Positions 39,556 to 48,668 of a stretch of DNA of 55,454 bases are shown here, one piece after another. Location: the IMG/VR virus record IMGVR_UViG_3300048687_000048, positions 1 to 55,454 of that record; one strand, 5' to 3'. Source of the DNA: a virus (lineage: Duplodnaviria; Caudoviricetes). A program made the translations under genes and the position numbers. The notes below the pieces were generated by a model. The model saw only the letters and a list, made by a program, of their open reading frames with translations. It made no database searches and had not been told where the DNA came from. Numbering within the stretch: position 1 is the stretch's first letter; each line of letters opens with the position of its first letter.

Positions 39556-39832
39556 AGAGGGAAACCTCTCTCGTAGGTAGATGACTGTGCTGCTTGTGCC
39601 CGCCGCACGCCCGTCCTGTGGAGCATCCATGACTACACCTCTCTGACCCCCATTGGCAACCAGATCGAGAGGTCCCAGCAACATTAGTTCGTTGTCCACA
39701 GCAACCTGGGGACAACGAAGTCCCCGTGGGTGTGTACTACGGTGCCGCTCTCTGAACAGCGAAGGGACCGGGGCATCACGATCCCCGGTCCCTTCGACTA
39801 GCAGCACTCCCCTAGGCAGGAAGAAGCAGGAG

Positions 39833-40753
39833 ATGCAACGTACAGATCGCCTTGCCCGGTTGCAAGCCTTCGAGTTCCTGCGGGACCTTCAACGTCCCTT
39901 GAGCATCACGCCACGGCAGTGGGTGGGCGTACGTGCGTTCCTCTACATCATCGCTCGGGGCTACCCCCGTCCCTACAAGAGCGAGATCACCATCGCCACG
40001 GAGATGGGCGTGCACATCAGTTCCGTGAAGCGCTACGTATCACTCGCCAAGGCCGCAGGCGTGTTGACAGTAACTCCGAACGCCGGAACCAAGAGCCGTG
40101 GGAACCCCCGCCGGACCAACCTGTATCACCTCGTGTATGACACAGAAATGAGCCCTACGGTGGGGCTCAAATTGAGCCCCAAATCACAGGGGATACCAAG
40201 GTATCCCCTGCGTACAACGAAGGGTCCTACGGACCTGACTACGTCAGGTCCTTCGAACCGTGCCGGCAAAGCCGCCACGACCAAGATCCGTAAGATCCCA
40301 GGGATGGATGCGGGAGAGGCCATCAGTGCCGCCAACGACCGTGGCTACGCCAAGCGTCGTCCTCGTCGTGGCGACACCGACCCCGCACGGAACCTCGTGG
40401 CGTACTTCCTCGACCGCTGGGAGGATGCGGTGACACTGTCGCCCTCCCTGGCAACGATGCGGGGACCGGAGTCGAGGGGGGAGATGACGGGGTACATCCG
40501 CAAGGTCTTCATCGCCCCCACGGCTGGACGGAGCTACAGCGAGGAGGAGGTGCGTGGCTTCATCGATGACTTCATGAAGGCGGCGGTGCGACGGACCGCT
40601 GGGATCAAGCACGCCGACGATCAGTCGGCCTGGCGCCGGTTCACGGGGTGGTGGGGCCGGCGCCCCTCGCATCCCGACTCGGGACTCGCCGCTCGGCAGT
40701 TCTTCGAAGAGCAGCAGGCGAAGCGGTTGACGGAGCCCGGCTCGGCGTCCTAG
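39833..40753 (+). CDS. Putative replication initiator (N-terminal winged HTH)
   Basis: SEITIATEMGVHISSVKRYVSLAKAAGVL...TNLYHL; directly upstream of loader, DnaB and primase. Confidence 0.7.
   Translation: MQRTDRLARLQAFEFLRDLQRPLSITPRQWVGVRAFLYIIARGYPRPYKSEITIATEMGVHISSVKRYVSLAKAAGVLTVTPNAGTKSRGNPRRTNLYHLVYDTEMSPTVGLKLSPKSQGIPRYPLRTTKGPTDLTTSGPSNRAGKAATTKIRKIPGMDAGEAISAANDRGYAKRRPRRGDTDPARNLVAYFLDRWEDAVTLSPSLATMRGPESRGEMTGYIRKVFIAPTAGRSYSEEEVRGFIDDFMKAAVRRTAGIKHADDQSAWRRFTGWWGRRPSHPDSGLAARQFFEEQQAKRLTEPGSAS
40135..40251. other. Candidate replication origin (palindrome cluster inside the initiator gene)
   Basis: Three consecutive inverted repeats at 40162-40180, 40187-40210 and 40231-40251 in locally more AT-rich sequence. 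Confidence 0.55.
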
Positions 40754-40832
40754 GGTCAGAGCTTCCATCGAGAACCCCCCAGGGCCAGCGGCCAAGGCCA
40801 TGGCTCTGGGGTAACCCTGGGGGGACTCCTTG

Positions 40833-41396
40833 GTGGACGGTGAAGACCGAACAAGGAGTCGATGGAAAATGGTTGTCTCTCTCAGGGACCTGCACGCCCA
40901 TCAGCAGGAAGCGCTGAAAGAGTGGCGGCGTAACATCCAGTCCGGTGAAGGCAAGGTCGGGCTGTGGGTCTACGGTGGCCGCTCTGAGGGCTCCACGACC
41001 ATCGGTCGGGTGGCCCTGGCCCGGATGGAGTGGGACGGCCTTGACACGGACGAGGTCATGTGCCTCGACCTGCTGGATACCATCCGCCGCTCCTGGGGAG
41101 CCGGCGAGATCTCCCGCCACCTGCCCAGCGACTACGACTTGTATGTGGACGCCAACGTCCTGGACATGCAGGTTGAGCGATACTGGGACGTGGACGTCCT
41201 CATGCTCGATGACTTCCACGAGGAGGTCATCGACATGAACTTCTGGCGGCGCCATGTGCAGCCGAAGGTCGAACGTCGCTTGAAGGCACGCAAGCCGACG
41301 ATCGTCACCACGGACATGACGCCCAAGAGCAACACGCTCGATGGGCTGGGGAGAGTCATCGACAACCTGTTCGTCTCGTGCTATGCAGAACGGTGA
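40833..41396 (+). CDS. DnaC/IstB-like helicase loader with degenerate Walker A (start uncertain, 40830-40869)
   Basis: GLWVYGGRSEGSTT, DVLMLDD and RRLKARKPTIVTT. Confidence 0.7.
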   Translation: MDGEDRTRSRWKMVVSLRDLHAHQQEALKEWRRNIQSGEGKVGLWVYGGRSEGSTTIGRVALARMEWDGLDTDEVMCLDLLDTIRRSWGAGEISRHLPSDYDLYVDANVLDMQVERYWDVDVLMLDDFHEEVIDMNFWRRHVQPKVERRLKARKPTIVTTDMTPKSNTLDGLGRVIDNLFVSCYAER

Positions 41397-41802
41397 CCTA
41401 GAGGCCCACGTCCGGGACCGCATCATCGTGGTCATCGAGGGCGTCCTGTGCCTGCCGATCCAGGAGAAGACGAAGTCTCGCTGGGGTCGGGAGAAGACGG
41501 TGGCGTATCACATCAACTGGTACGACGTGCCGTTGAAGCGCCTCATCGTGACACACGAGCGCAACCCCGACCTGGACGTCGAGTTGGTCAGCTTCATCTC
41601 CCAGGACTTCGTGGACTTCGCCGCCGAGTACCTGGACCTGGCTGGCATCCCGTACTCGTCCATCAAGTACTGGTCGTTCGACATGTTCCAGTCGGTACTG
41701 CGGTATCAGCGCAACCTGCGGGCGGTGTATGACACTGACCCCGATCAGTTGCAGCGCTACGGCCAGTTGGGTGTGGCCGTGGTGCAGGGCTCGGACTTCT
41801 GA
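41383..41802 (+). CDS. Hypothetical HAD-fold-like protein
   Basis: MQNGDL...IIVVIEGVL; lies between loader and helicase. Confidence 0.55.
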   Translation: MQNGDLEAHVRDRIIVVIEGVLCLPIQEKTKSRWGREKTVAYHINWYDVPLKRLIVTHERNPDLDVELVSFISQDFVDFAAEYLDLAGIPYSSIKYWSFDMFQSVLRYQRNLRAVYDTDPDQLQRYGQLGVAVVQGSDF

Positions 41803-43109
41803 TGGCCGACTGGCAGGCAGCGTTCCTCTCCAAGGTCATCCTGGACGAGGAGATGCAGGCGGCGGTGGTCGCCGGCATCACCACGGAGTTCTTCCGGGAC
41901 GAGCGGTATCAGAGGGTCTACGAGTTCCTAGTAGCGCACTACTCCAAGCACGGCACCGCTCCTGATCTTGAGGTGGTGGCCCAGGTCTTCCCCTCGATGG
42001 AGTGGAAGCCGCAGAAGCAGGCCCTGTCGTATCTCATCGAACAGATGCGCCGGGACCGCAAGTTCGTGCTGCTCACGCAGGGCCTCTCCGCCGCCGCCGA
42101 CCACATCAAGGCCGAGGATGCCGACGAGATGGAGATGGCGATGCACTCGGCGCTGGTGCAGTCCCGCCTGGAGACGTCGGCGTCGGAGGATGCCGACTTC
42201 ACCGAGCGCCAGGTGCACGTCGAGGAACGCCTCATCGATCGCATGGACAACCCCGGTCACCTGCGGGGCATCTCCACCGGCTTCAAGGGCATCGACTTCG
42301 TCACCGGTGGCCTGCAGCCCGAGCAGTTCGTCGTCCTGCTCGGCACGCCCAAGAGCTTCAAGTCGGCCACGCTGCTGGCGATGGCGATCGCCGTGCATGC
42401 CCAGGCCAAGTCTCCGCTGTTCATCGGCTTCGAGATGTCCAGCATCGAGCAGGAGGACCGCACGACGTCCCTCCTGTCCGGTGTGGGCCTCACGAAGATC
42501 ATGAACGGCACCCTCAGCACCAAGGAGTTCGACGCTGTTCAGAAGGCCCTACGAGCGGTTTCAGCGATGCGGCCATTCGTCTTCTCGACCGACATCACGT
42601 CGGCCACTACCGTTTCCGGTGTACAGGCCAAGATCCAGGAGTACCAGCCCGACGTGGTCTTCGTGGATGGTGCTTACCTCATGCAGCCGGACGACGACAA
42701 GATAGAGCCCGGCTCCCCAGCGGCCATGACGTCCGTGAGCAGGGGTTTCAAGCGCCTGGCCCAGTCATCAAAGATCCCGATCGTTGTCACGACCCAGGCC
42801 TCTCTCGTTCGCTCCCGGTCCGGGCTTTCGCTAGCCTCCGGGATGTACACACAGGCGTGGGGGCAGGACTGCGACGTCTTCCTGGGGGTGGAGCGGCAGA
42901 CGGATGACAAGGACCAGCCCGACCACGCCGGGCCGGCCAAGGTGAAGTTCCGAGTAATCGAGTCTCGATCTGGACCCCGTCGTGACACGTTGCTGGAGTG
43001 GGACTGGTCGCACGGCAGTGTGACCGAGTTGGACCCCGAAGCCATCCGAGCAATGTTGAGCACGAAGCGCCGCAAAGAGATGGCGCATCAGGACGACTGG
43101 GACAACTGA
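41802..43109 (+). CDS. dnaB: Replicative DNA helicase (DnaB-like)
   Basis: GISTGF..ID..TGGLQP, GTPKSFKS, FEMS, VFVDGAYLM, KRLA...KIPIV and QDCD motifs. Confidence 0.9.
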   Translation: MADWQAAFLSKVILDEEMQAAVVAGITTEFFRDERYQRVYEFLVAHYSKHGTAPDLEVVAQVFPSMEWKPQKQALSYLIEQMRRDRKFVLLTQGLSAAADHIKAEDADEMEMAMHSALVQSRLETSASEDADFTERQVHVEERLIDRMDNPGHLRGISTGFKGIDFVTGGLQPEQFVVLLGTPKSFKSATLLAMAIAVHAQAKSPLFIGFEMSSIEQEDRTTSLLSGVGLTKIMNGTLSTKEFDAVQKALRAVSAMRPFVFSTDITSATTVSGVQAKIQEYQPDVVFVDGAYLMQPDDDKIEPGSPAAMTSVSRGFKRLAQSSKIPIVVTTQASLVRSRSGLSLASGMYTQAWGQDCDVFLGVERQTDDKDQPDHAGPAKVKFRVIESRSGPRRDTLLEWDWSHGSVTELDPEAIRAMLSTKRRKEMAHQDDWDN

Positions 43110-43110
43110 C

Positions 43111-44031
43111 ATGGACTTGACGGCGATACTTGAGCAAGCAGGTATCACACCTCTTCGTATGACACGACAGGAGGTGATCGCCAGATGTCCACAGCATGAG
43201 GTGCGTGCGGGAAAGCCTGATATCCACCCCTCGTGGTCGATCAACACCGTGACATACACGCACTTCTGCTTCTCGTGCGGGTACCGGGGCAACCTCACCA
43301 GCCTGCTCATCGACCTCACCGGCGAGGCGCCCGAGGATCTGGAGAAGACCCTCGCCACCGAGTCCTTCATCCGCAAGATGGCCGGGGTCCGGGCCGACCC
43401 CGAGCCCACCCTGGCCCCGGTCATCCCGATCCTCACCGAGTGGGCGCTGTTCAACGTGATGGTGGACGTGCCGGCCAAGGTGCTGTCGTTTCGCCACCTC
43501 CAGCGGTCGGCCGTCGATGCCTACGAGGTGCGCTGGGATCAGGAGATGCGTCGCTACGTGCTACCGCTACGCTCACCGGGCGGTGACCTGCTGGGTGCCC
43601 AGTACCGCCAGAAGGGATCGGTCTTCACGCTCCCCGAGGGCATGGAGAAGCGCCACACCCTCTTCGGCCTCCCCCAGTGCGCTGACTCGTCATACTGCGC
43701 CATCGTGGAGTCGCCACTGGACGCCGTCCGTCTCTTCGGCCTGGGTATCCCGGCGCTCTCAGCGCTCGGAGCGTGGGTCAGCAGGGAGCAGGTTCGCCTC
43801 CTGGCGTGCACGTTCACCCGTGTTTACCTGGCGCTCGACAACGACCAGGCCGGCCACGAGTCGGCCGAGAAGCTGGGGCCGGCGCTCCGCAAGGCCGGCA
43901 CCGTCCCGATCCCGTGGGACTACACGGGCATGGTGGACGAGGACGGTACGCCGGCCAAGGACCCAGGCGACGTAGACGACGACGACCTGCTGCTAGCAAG
44001 CTGGGGTCGTACGCTCCGTATGGGTCTATGA
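43111..44031 (+). CDS. DNA primase (zinc finger + TOPRIM)
   Basis: CPQH...HPSWSIN...HFCFSCG; IVESPLD; LALDNDQAG; KDPGD. Confidence 0.9.
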   Translation: MDLTAILEQAGITPLRMTRQEVIARCPQHEVRAGKPDIHPSWSINTVTYTHFCFSCGYRGNLTSLLIDLTGEAPEDLEKTLATESFIRKMAGVRADPEPTLAPVIPILTEWALFNVMVDVPAKVLSFRHLQRSAVDAYEVRWDQEMRRYVLPLRSPGGDLLGAQYRQKGSVFTLPEGMEKRHTLFGLPQCADSSYCAIVESPLDAVRLFGLGIPALSALGAWVSREQVRLLACTFTRVYLALDNDQAGHESAEKLGPALRKAGTVPIPWDYTGMVDEDGTPAKDPGDVDDDDLLLASWGRTLRMGL

Positions 44032-44040
44032 TCCCGATTC

Positions 44041-44322
44041 ATGGGCGACCCGTACATCCGTAGCACACCGGGTTCCGACCGCACCAAGAGCGGCGGCGGG
44101 ATCCGGCAGAAGCGAGAGATCAAGGCTGACGAGCACACGATGCCGACGACGGTGGACGACATCGTCAAGGACATCGAGTGGCTGGTCGAGACGGAGTTGC
44201 AGTTCCTGTGGACCAAGGACCGCATCGGTGATCCCGATCTGCAGCGAGCGGTGAACGTGCTGGTGGCGGTGCACCGTCGCCTGCGTCCGACAGAACGGCG
44301 CCGTAGCATCCCTCGACAGTGA
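44041..44322 (+). CDS. Hypothetical protein
   Basis: 93-aa ORF whose stop overlaps the next start (GTGA). Confidence 0.5.
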   Translation: MGDPYIRSTPGSDRTKSGGGIRQKREIKADEHTMPTTVDDIVKDIEWLVETELQFLWTKDRIGDPDLQRAVNVLVAVHRRLRPTERRRSIPRQ

Positions 44323-45878
44323 CCCTGGAGCTACGGCCGTACCAGACCGAGGCGGTCGAGCGGATCCTCGATCGCCAGAGCCTGCTGCTCGCTCTGACGA
44401 TGGGTGCCGGCAAGACGGCGACCAGCATCGCTGCCGTCCGCAAGCTGCGGAGGCATAGAGCAGTATCACACGGCGTGGTCTTCGCCCTCAAGTCCACCAA
44501 GTGGCAGTGGGTCCGTGAGATACAGAAGTGGGACCCCCGAGCACGGGTGCAGGTGGTGGACGGTGACAAGGCCCAGCGCACCAGGGCCATCCGCCGAGCC
44601 CAGCACTACGAGTACACGATCCTGCATTACCAGTGCCTGATCCACGACTGGGAGATCATCACCACCCACCTGCCGATCGACTTCGTGATCCTCGATGAGG
44701 TCACCACGATCAAGGGCTTCCGGGCCAAGACGACCAAACGGGCCAAGATCCTCGGCAAGCACACCAACGTGCGCCTCGGCCTGTCCGGTCAGCCGGTGGA
44801 GAACCGCCCCGAAGAGTTGTACAGCATCATGGAGTTCATCGACCCCGAGGTGCTGGGCGGCTTCCACAAGTTCGATCGCACGTTCATCGAGCGGGACCAC
44901 TGGGGTAAGCCCGTGAGATACAAGAACCTCAACCTGATCGCTGATCGGCTGGGGCCGGCGATGTACCGCAAGAGCCGGGAGGACATCAGCGAGTGGCTGC
45001 CGGAGATGATGGAGCTACCGATGCCGGTGGAGCTAGAGCCCGAGCACATGGCCCTCCACGACCTGGTGCGGGACGACCTCAGCAACGCCATCGACAAGGC
45101 CCTGGGGGAGGGCGTACGGGGCGGCAACTTCGACATCCAGGCCCACTACGGGCGGGCACCGAGCGGCAGCGACCCCGGCCTGATGGGTCAGGTGATGAGC
45201 CGGATGCTGGCGATGCGGATGCTCTCTTCTCATCCGGCTCTCCTCCGTGTCTCGGCGGACAACTTCGATAGCCAGGTAACGAGGTCTGGCAGTCAGTACG
45301 CCAGCGAGCTACGTGCAGCCGGCGTGCTCGACGGTCTGCCCACGACCCACGCCAAGCTCGACTCACTGCTGGAGATGATCACCGAGATCGTCAACGAGGA
45401 TCCTCGACACAAGGTGGTGGTGTTCTCGTTCTTCAAGCCGATGCTGGCGATCATCGGTAGCGAGCTACGAAAGCTCGGTATCACACACTCGACGCTCACC
45501 GGTGACTCCTCGACCCAGGAGCGGGACGAGCGCATCGTCTCGTTCAACACCAACCCCAAGCATCGGGTGTTCCTGTCCTCCGACGCCGGGGCCTACGGCA
45601 TCAGCCTCGGTGCCGGCAGCCACCTGATCTGCTACGACCTGCCGTGGTCGGCCGGCGCCCTCGGTCAGCGCATCAGCCGCATCGATCGCACCGACAGCCT
45701 CTTCAAGCAGATCACCATCGGCTACATGTTCGGCGTGGAAACGATTGAAGAACGTATGTTCAACATGCTCCAGCAGAAGCGCAAGGTGGCACGGGCGTTC
45801 ATCGACGGGGAGTTCGACATCAAGAGCGGCACCCTCAACCTCGACCTGCAGTCCCTGCGGGAGTTCCTGGACGCCTGA
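44319..45878 (+). CDS. SNF2-family helicase
   Basis: LRPYQ, MGAGKT, ILDEVT, LSGQPVEN, KVVVFS, DLPW and QRISRIDR. Confidence 0.9.
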   Translation: MTLELRPYQTEAVERILDRQSLLLALTMGAGKTATSIAAVRKLRRHRAVSHGVVFALKSTKWQWVREIQKWDPRARVQVVDGDKAQRTRAIRRAQHYEYTILHYQCLIHDWEIITTHLPIDFVILDEVTTIKGFRAKTTKRAKILGKHTNVRLGLSGQPVENRPEELYSIMEFIDPEVLGGFHKFDRTFIERDHWGKPVRYKNLNLIADRLGPAMYRKSREDISEWLPEMMELPMPVELEPEHMALHDLVRDDLSNAIDKALGEGVRGGNFDIQAHYGRAPSGSDPGLMGQVMSRMLAMRMLSSHPALLRVSADNFDSQVTRSGSQYASELRAAGVLDGLPTTHAKLDSLLEMITEIVNEDPRHKVVVFSFFKPMLAIIGSELRKLGITHSTLTGDSSTQERDERIVSFNTNPKHRVFLSSDAGAYGISLGAGSHLICYDLPWSAGALGQRISRIDRTDSLFKQITIGYMFGVETIEERMFNMLQQKRKVARAFIDGEFDIKSGTLNLDLQSLREFLDA

Positions 45879-45881
45879 CAG

Positions 45882-45921
45882 GGAAGAGCCCCCGGCGAAG
45901 GGCTCGACCGGGGGCTCTTCC
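45882..45921. terminator. Terminator hairpin between convergent blocks
   Basis: GGAAGAGCCCCCGG ... CCGGGGGCTCTTCC. Confidence 0.75.
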
Positions 45922-45949
45922 TGCCGCAGGCAGGCGGACTCAGTCCCTC

Positions 45950-46279
45950 TCAGGAACTGTGGGCGCCGTCCGCCCGCTTGGGTGCGGGTGCGGCCGGCGT
46001 TGATGGCGTCGCCGTGTAAGAGTCGTTTCGACGCTTGAGGCCGGCCAGCCCGGCCAGGCCGAGGAGGCCCAGCAGGCCCCACAGTCCCGTCTTGTCGGAG
46101 TCATCGTCATCGTCGCCGTTGACGGGCGATGACTCCACGGTCTGGACTGTGACGTCCCGCTCGACGGTGCTGGTCTTGACGTCCAGCGTGGTGGGCGTGG
46201 TGTCCTCCTGAGCACGGGCGACGCTGCCCACGCTCAGCGAGGCAGCCACAGCCGCCAGGGCGATCAGGAGGCGCTTCAC
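45950..46279 (-). CDS. WGxxGxxG-family secreted/membrane protein
   Basis: Signal peptide; C-terminal GLWGLLGLLGLAGLAGLKRR. Confidence 0.8.
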   Translation of the reverse strand: MKRLLIALAAVAASLSVGSVARAQEDTTPTTLDVKTSTVERDVTVQTVESSPVNGDDDDDSDKTGLWGLLGLLGLAGLAGLKRRNDSYTATPSTPAAPAPKRADGAHSS

Positions 46280-46281
46280 GT

Positions 46282-46926
46282 CTACCGCCGCTCTTGCGTC
46301 TGGGTGGTCCCCCGCTCGGTCCGCACGTCACCCTCGGCGGTCGTCCGCTCGACACGGACCTCCTCCTTGGTCACGGGGACCATCTCGGTGCGCTGGTACT
46401 TGCGGAGCCGCACCTGCTCGGGACGGGAGACGACCTGCGCCTCCTGGTTCTGGATCGTGACCGACTCCTCCTCGCCCACGTCCCGCCATTCGCTGGTGGT
46501 CTGGTCCCAGCGCCGGGACGTGAAGTCCTTGTCCGCCCGGTTGCGCTGGTAGGCCGGGCCGTAGCCGGCCGTCTTGAGCTTGGGGTCCGCCTGGTAGTCG
46601 TAGCCGTAGTAGGACCACAACTCCTGCTCCTGGGACGGGGACAGGTTGTCGTCCTCATCGATGCGGGGAGCGTCCTTGATCATGTCCTTCGGGAAGTTCA
46701 GGCGGAGGTTGCCCTCACCGTCCTCGGTGTTGATCGTCTGGGAGCCGTGGATCGGCACGAACGTGTGCTTGGAGCCGAACAGGCCGGTCTTCACGGCCAG
46801 CCACTCGGGGCGCCCTGTCACGTCGTCGTAGAAGATGTCGGTGATCTCACCGACCTTCTCGCCCGTGTTGTCGTAGGCGTCTCGGCCGATCCAGCCTTCG
46901 TAGCTGGTGTTCCTCTGGTTCGCCAT
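46282..46926 (-). CDS. PRC-barrel + DUF2382 (YsnF/AvaK-like) stress protein
   Basis: GEKVGEI.DIFYDD.TGRPEWLAVKTGLFG...FVP; IKDAP; VRLRKY...VPVTKEEVRVER. Confidence 0.85.
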   Translation of the reverse strand: MANQRNTSYEGWIGRDAYDNTGEKVGEITDIFYDDVTGRPEWLAVKTGLFGSKHTFVPIHGSQTINTEDGEGNLRLNFPKDMIKDAPRIDEDDNLSPSQEQELWSYYGYDYQADPKLKTAGYGPAYQRNRADKDFTSRRWDQTTSEWRDVGEEESVTIQNQEAQVVSRPEQVRLRKYQRTEMVPVTKEEVRVERTTAEGDVRTERGTTQTQERR

Positions 46927-46963
46927 GTGATTCCTTCCTCATGGGGTTAAGGACAGGGAATCG

Positions 46964-46987
46964 ATACCCGTCTGGCGAGGCTCAAAC
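46964..46987 (-). promoter_or_regulatory. SigB/SigF-type stress promoter
   Basis: Minus strand GTTTGA-N12-GGGTAT, 37 nt upstream of the PRC-barrel ATG. Confidence 0.55.
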
Positions 46988-47004
46988 ACCTCCGCCAGAC
47001 GGGT
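46966..47004 (-). terminator. Hairpin downstream of the LPxTG gene
   Basis: 12-bp stem ACCCGTCTGGCG/CGCCAGACGGGT. Confidence 0.5.
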
Positions 47005-47030
47005 TCATAGTGAGATACGAAACCCCGGTA

Positions 47031-48581
47031 TCACACGGAGCGGCGACGCCGGGCAACCAGCACCAGCGTGCTACCCAGGGCGAGGATGCCGGCGGCGATG
47101 GCCGGCGTGTACGGATCGCTACCGGTGGGCGGCAGACCGTTGGAGGGAGGCGCAGGCGGAGCACCTGGCGGCGGCGTCTGACCTGGCGGGTTGTCCGGGT
47201 TGGCGCAGTTGGCTGACTCGGGCGGGTAGGTGATGAACGCTGTGGCCGTGGGGTTGACGGTGTATGTCAACAGGATGCCTTCCCGCAGGAACTCGTCAGA
47301 GGGATCACGTACCCAAAGACCAGCAGCGTTGAGGTTCCAGCCGGGCACGTCAGCGATGGTCCCGTCAGCATTGACGACGGTGCCTGGATACAGCAGTTCG
47401 ACGTGCCCACCAGGCTGATACACGAGGGGCTGACTGGAGACAACGTTCCCGTTGATGTCACTCATCGTCAACGTACCCGTCTGGCCGGCCAGCGACGGGA
47501 ACCCAGGCAGGGCGAAGTCGATGACGATCGTCGGCACCTCACTGCGGCAGACCGTCGCCGCTCCCCGGAAGCTGAACGTCGGGGGCAAGGTGGTCGTAGT
47601 GATACCAGGGGTCGTCGTCGTGGTCGCCGGGATGGTTGAGGTGGTGGTTGTTGGGCCAGTCGTCGTCGTCGGCCCAGTCGTAGTGGTCGCCGCCGGGGGG
47701 AGCGTCGTGGTCGTTGATGTCGTCGCTCCTGTCGTGGTGGTGACCGGCACGCAGCCCTCATCGATGAGCAGCGGGCCAGCCGTGGCTGTCTCGGTGCCGA
47801 TGGTGTAGGTCACCACGTTGATGTCGCCCCGCCCGGCGGGCCACGGGATCGTCACGGTGGTGTTGGACTGGAAGACCAGTGGAGTGGGGCTGCCCCCGTC
47901 GAACAGCAACGTGCCGGTCTGGCCGTTGAGGTCGGGACGGTTGCCGAAGGTGATCGAGATGGCCGGGCCAGTTGGTAGGCACACGGCCGAGACGGGCACC
48001 GAGAACAGACTGGGCGTCGGGGGACGAGTCGTCGTCGTTGTCCCCCCACCGCCGGCCGTTGTGGTGGTGTTGCCGGCAGTTGTCGTTGTGGCCCTGACAG
48101 TTGTCGTTGTGCCTCCAGAACTTGTCGTTGTGGTGGCCGCAGTTGTGGTTGTGGCCCTCGCCGTGGTGGTGGTCGCCGCTGCCGTGGTCGTGGTGGCCTT
48201 CACCGTCGTCGTCGGGTAGGTGTGTGGCGGCTTGACCGTGGTGGTCGTCTCGTGCGGCTTGTAGGTGGTCGTCGTCTCGTGGGGCTTGTACGTCGTCGTC
48301 GTTTCGTGCGGCTTCTCCGTGGTCGTGGTGTGACTCACCGGCGGGCACGGATGTCCCTCGTCCACGAAGAAGTCGGTGTCGTGACCGCCCGGACTTCCTG
48401 GTAGGTGGGCGTCGTAGCTCGCATCGTCGGGGTAGATGATGTGGGCGTTACCGGGGTTTCCAGGGGGGACGTGACATATGGGGAGCTTGTCGTGACCTGG
48501 GGTTCCGTCTCCCTGGTTGGCAGCAGCGACACCTCCGCACGCAGCCAGCAACAGAGTGAGAGCCAGGACCATTCGACGCAT
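47031..48581 (-). CDS. Thr-rich cell-surface protein with lipobox and LPPTG sortase signal
   Basis: MRRMVLALTLLLAAC; KPHETTTT repeats; LPPTG + TM + RRRRSV. Confidence 0.8.
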   Translation of the reverse strand: MRRMVLALTLLLAACGGVAAANQGDGTPGHDKLPICHVPPGNPGNAHIIYPDDASYDAHLPGSPGGHDTDFFVDEGHPCPPVSHTTTTEKPHETTTTYKPHETTTTYKPHETTTTVKPPHTYPTTTVKATTTTAAATTTTARATTTTAATTTTSSGGTTTTVRATTTTAGNTTTTAGGGGTTTTTRPPTPSLFSVPVSAVCLPTGPAISITFGNRPDLNGQTGTLLFDGGSPTPLVFQSNTTVTIPWPAGRGDINVVTYTIGTETATAGPLLIDEGCVPVTTTTGATTSTTTTLPPAATTTTGPTTTTGPTTTTSTIPATTTTTPGITTTTLPPTFSFRGAATVCRSEVPTIVIDFALPGFPSLAGQTGTLTMSDINGNVVSSQPLVYQPGGHVELLYPGTVVNADGTIADVPGWNLNAAGLWVRDPSDEFLREGILLTYTVNPTATAFITYPPESANCANPDNPPGQTPPPGAPPAPPSNGLPPTGSDPYTPAIAAGILALGSTLVLVARRRRSV

Positions 48582-48668
48582 GAGTCGGGACCTTATAGCG
48601 CAAGGAGCCCACACTCCGAAGAATGTGGGCTCCTGCGTCGCTTGTGGCGGCGACTGCTCTCCAGCTAC

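Noticed and set aside
47590-48330. GTC/GTG-rich tandem repeats as a non-coding repeat element
   Set aside because: They are the Thr-rich linkers of the minus-strand surface protein.
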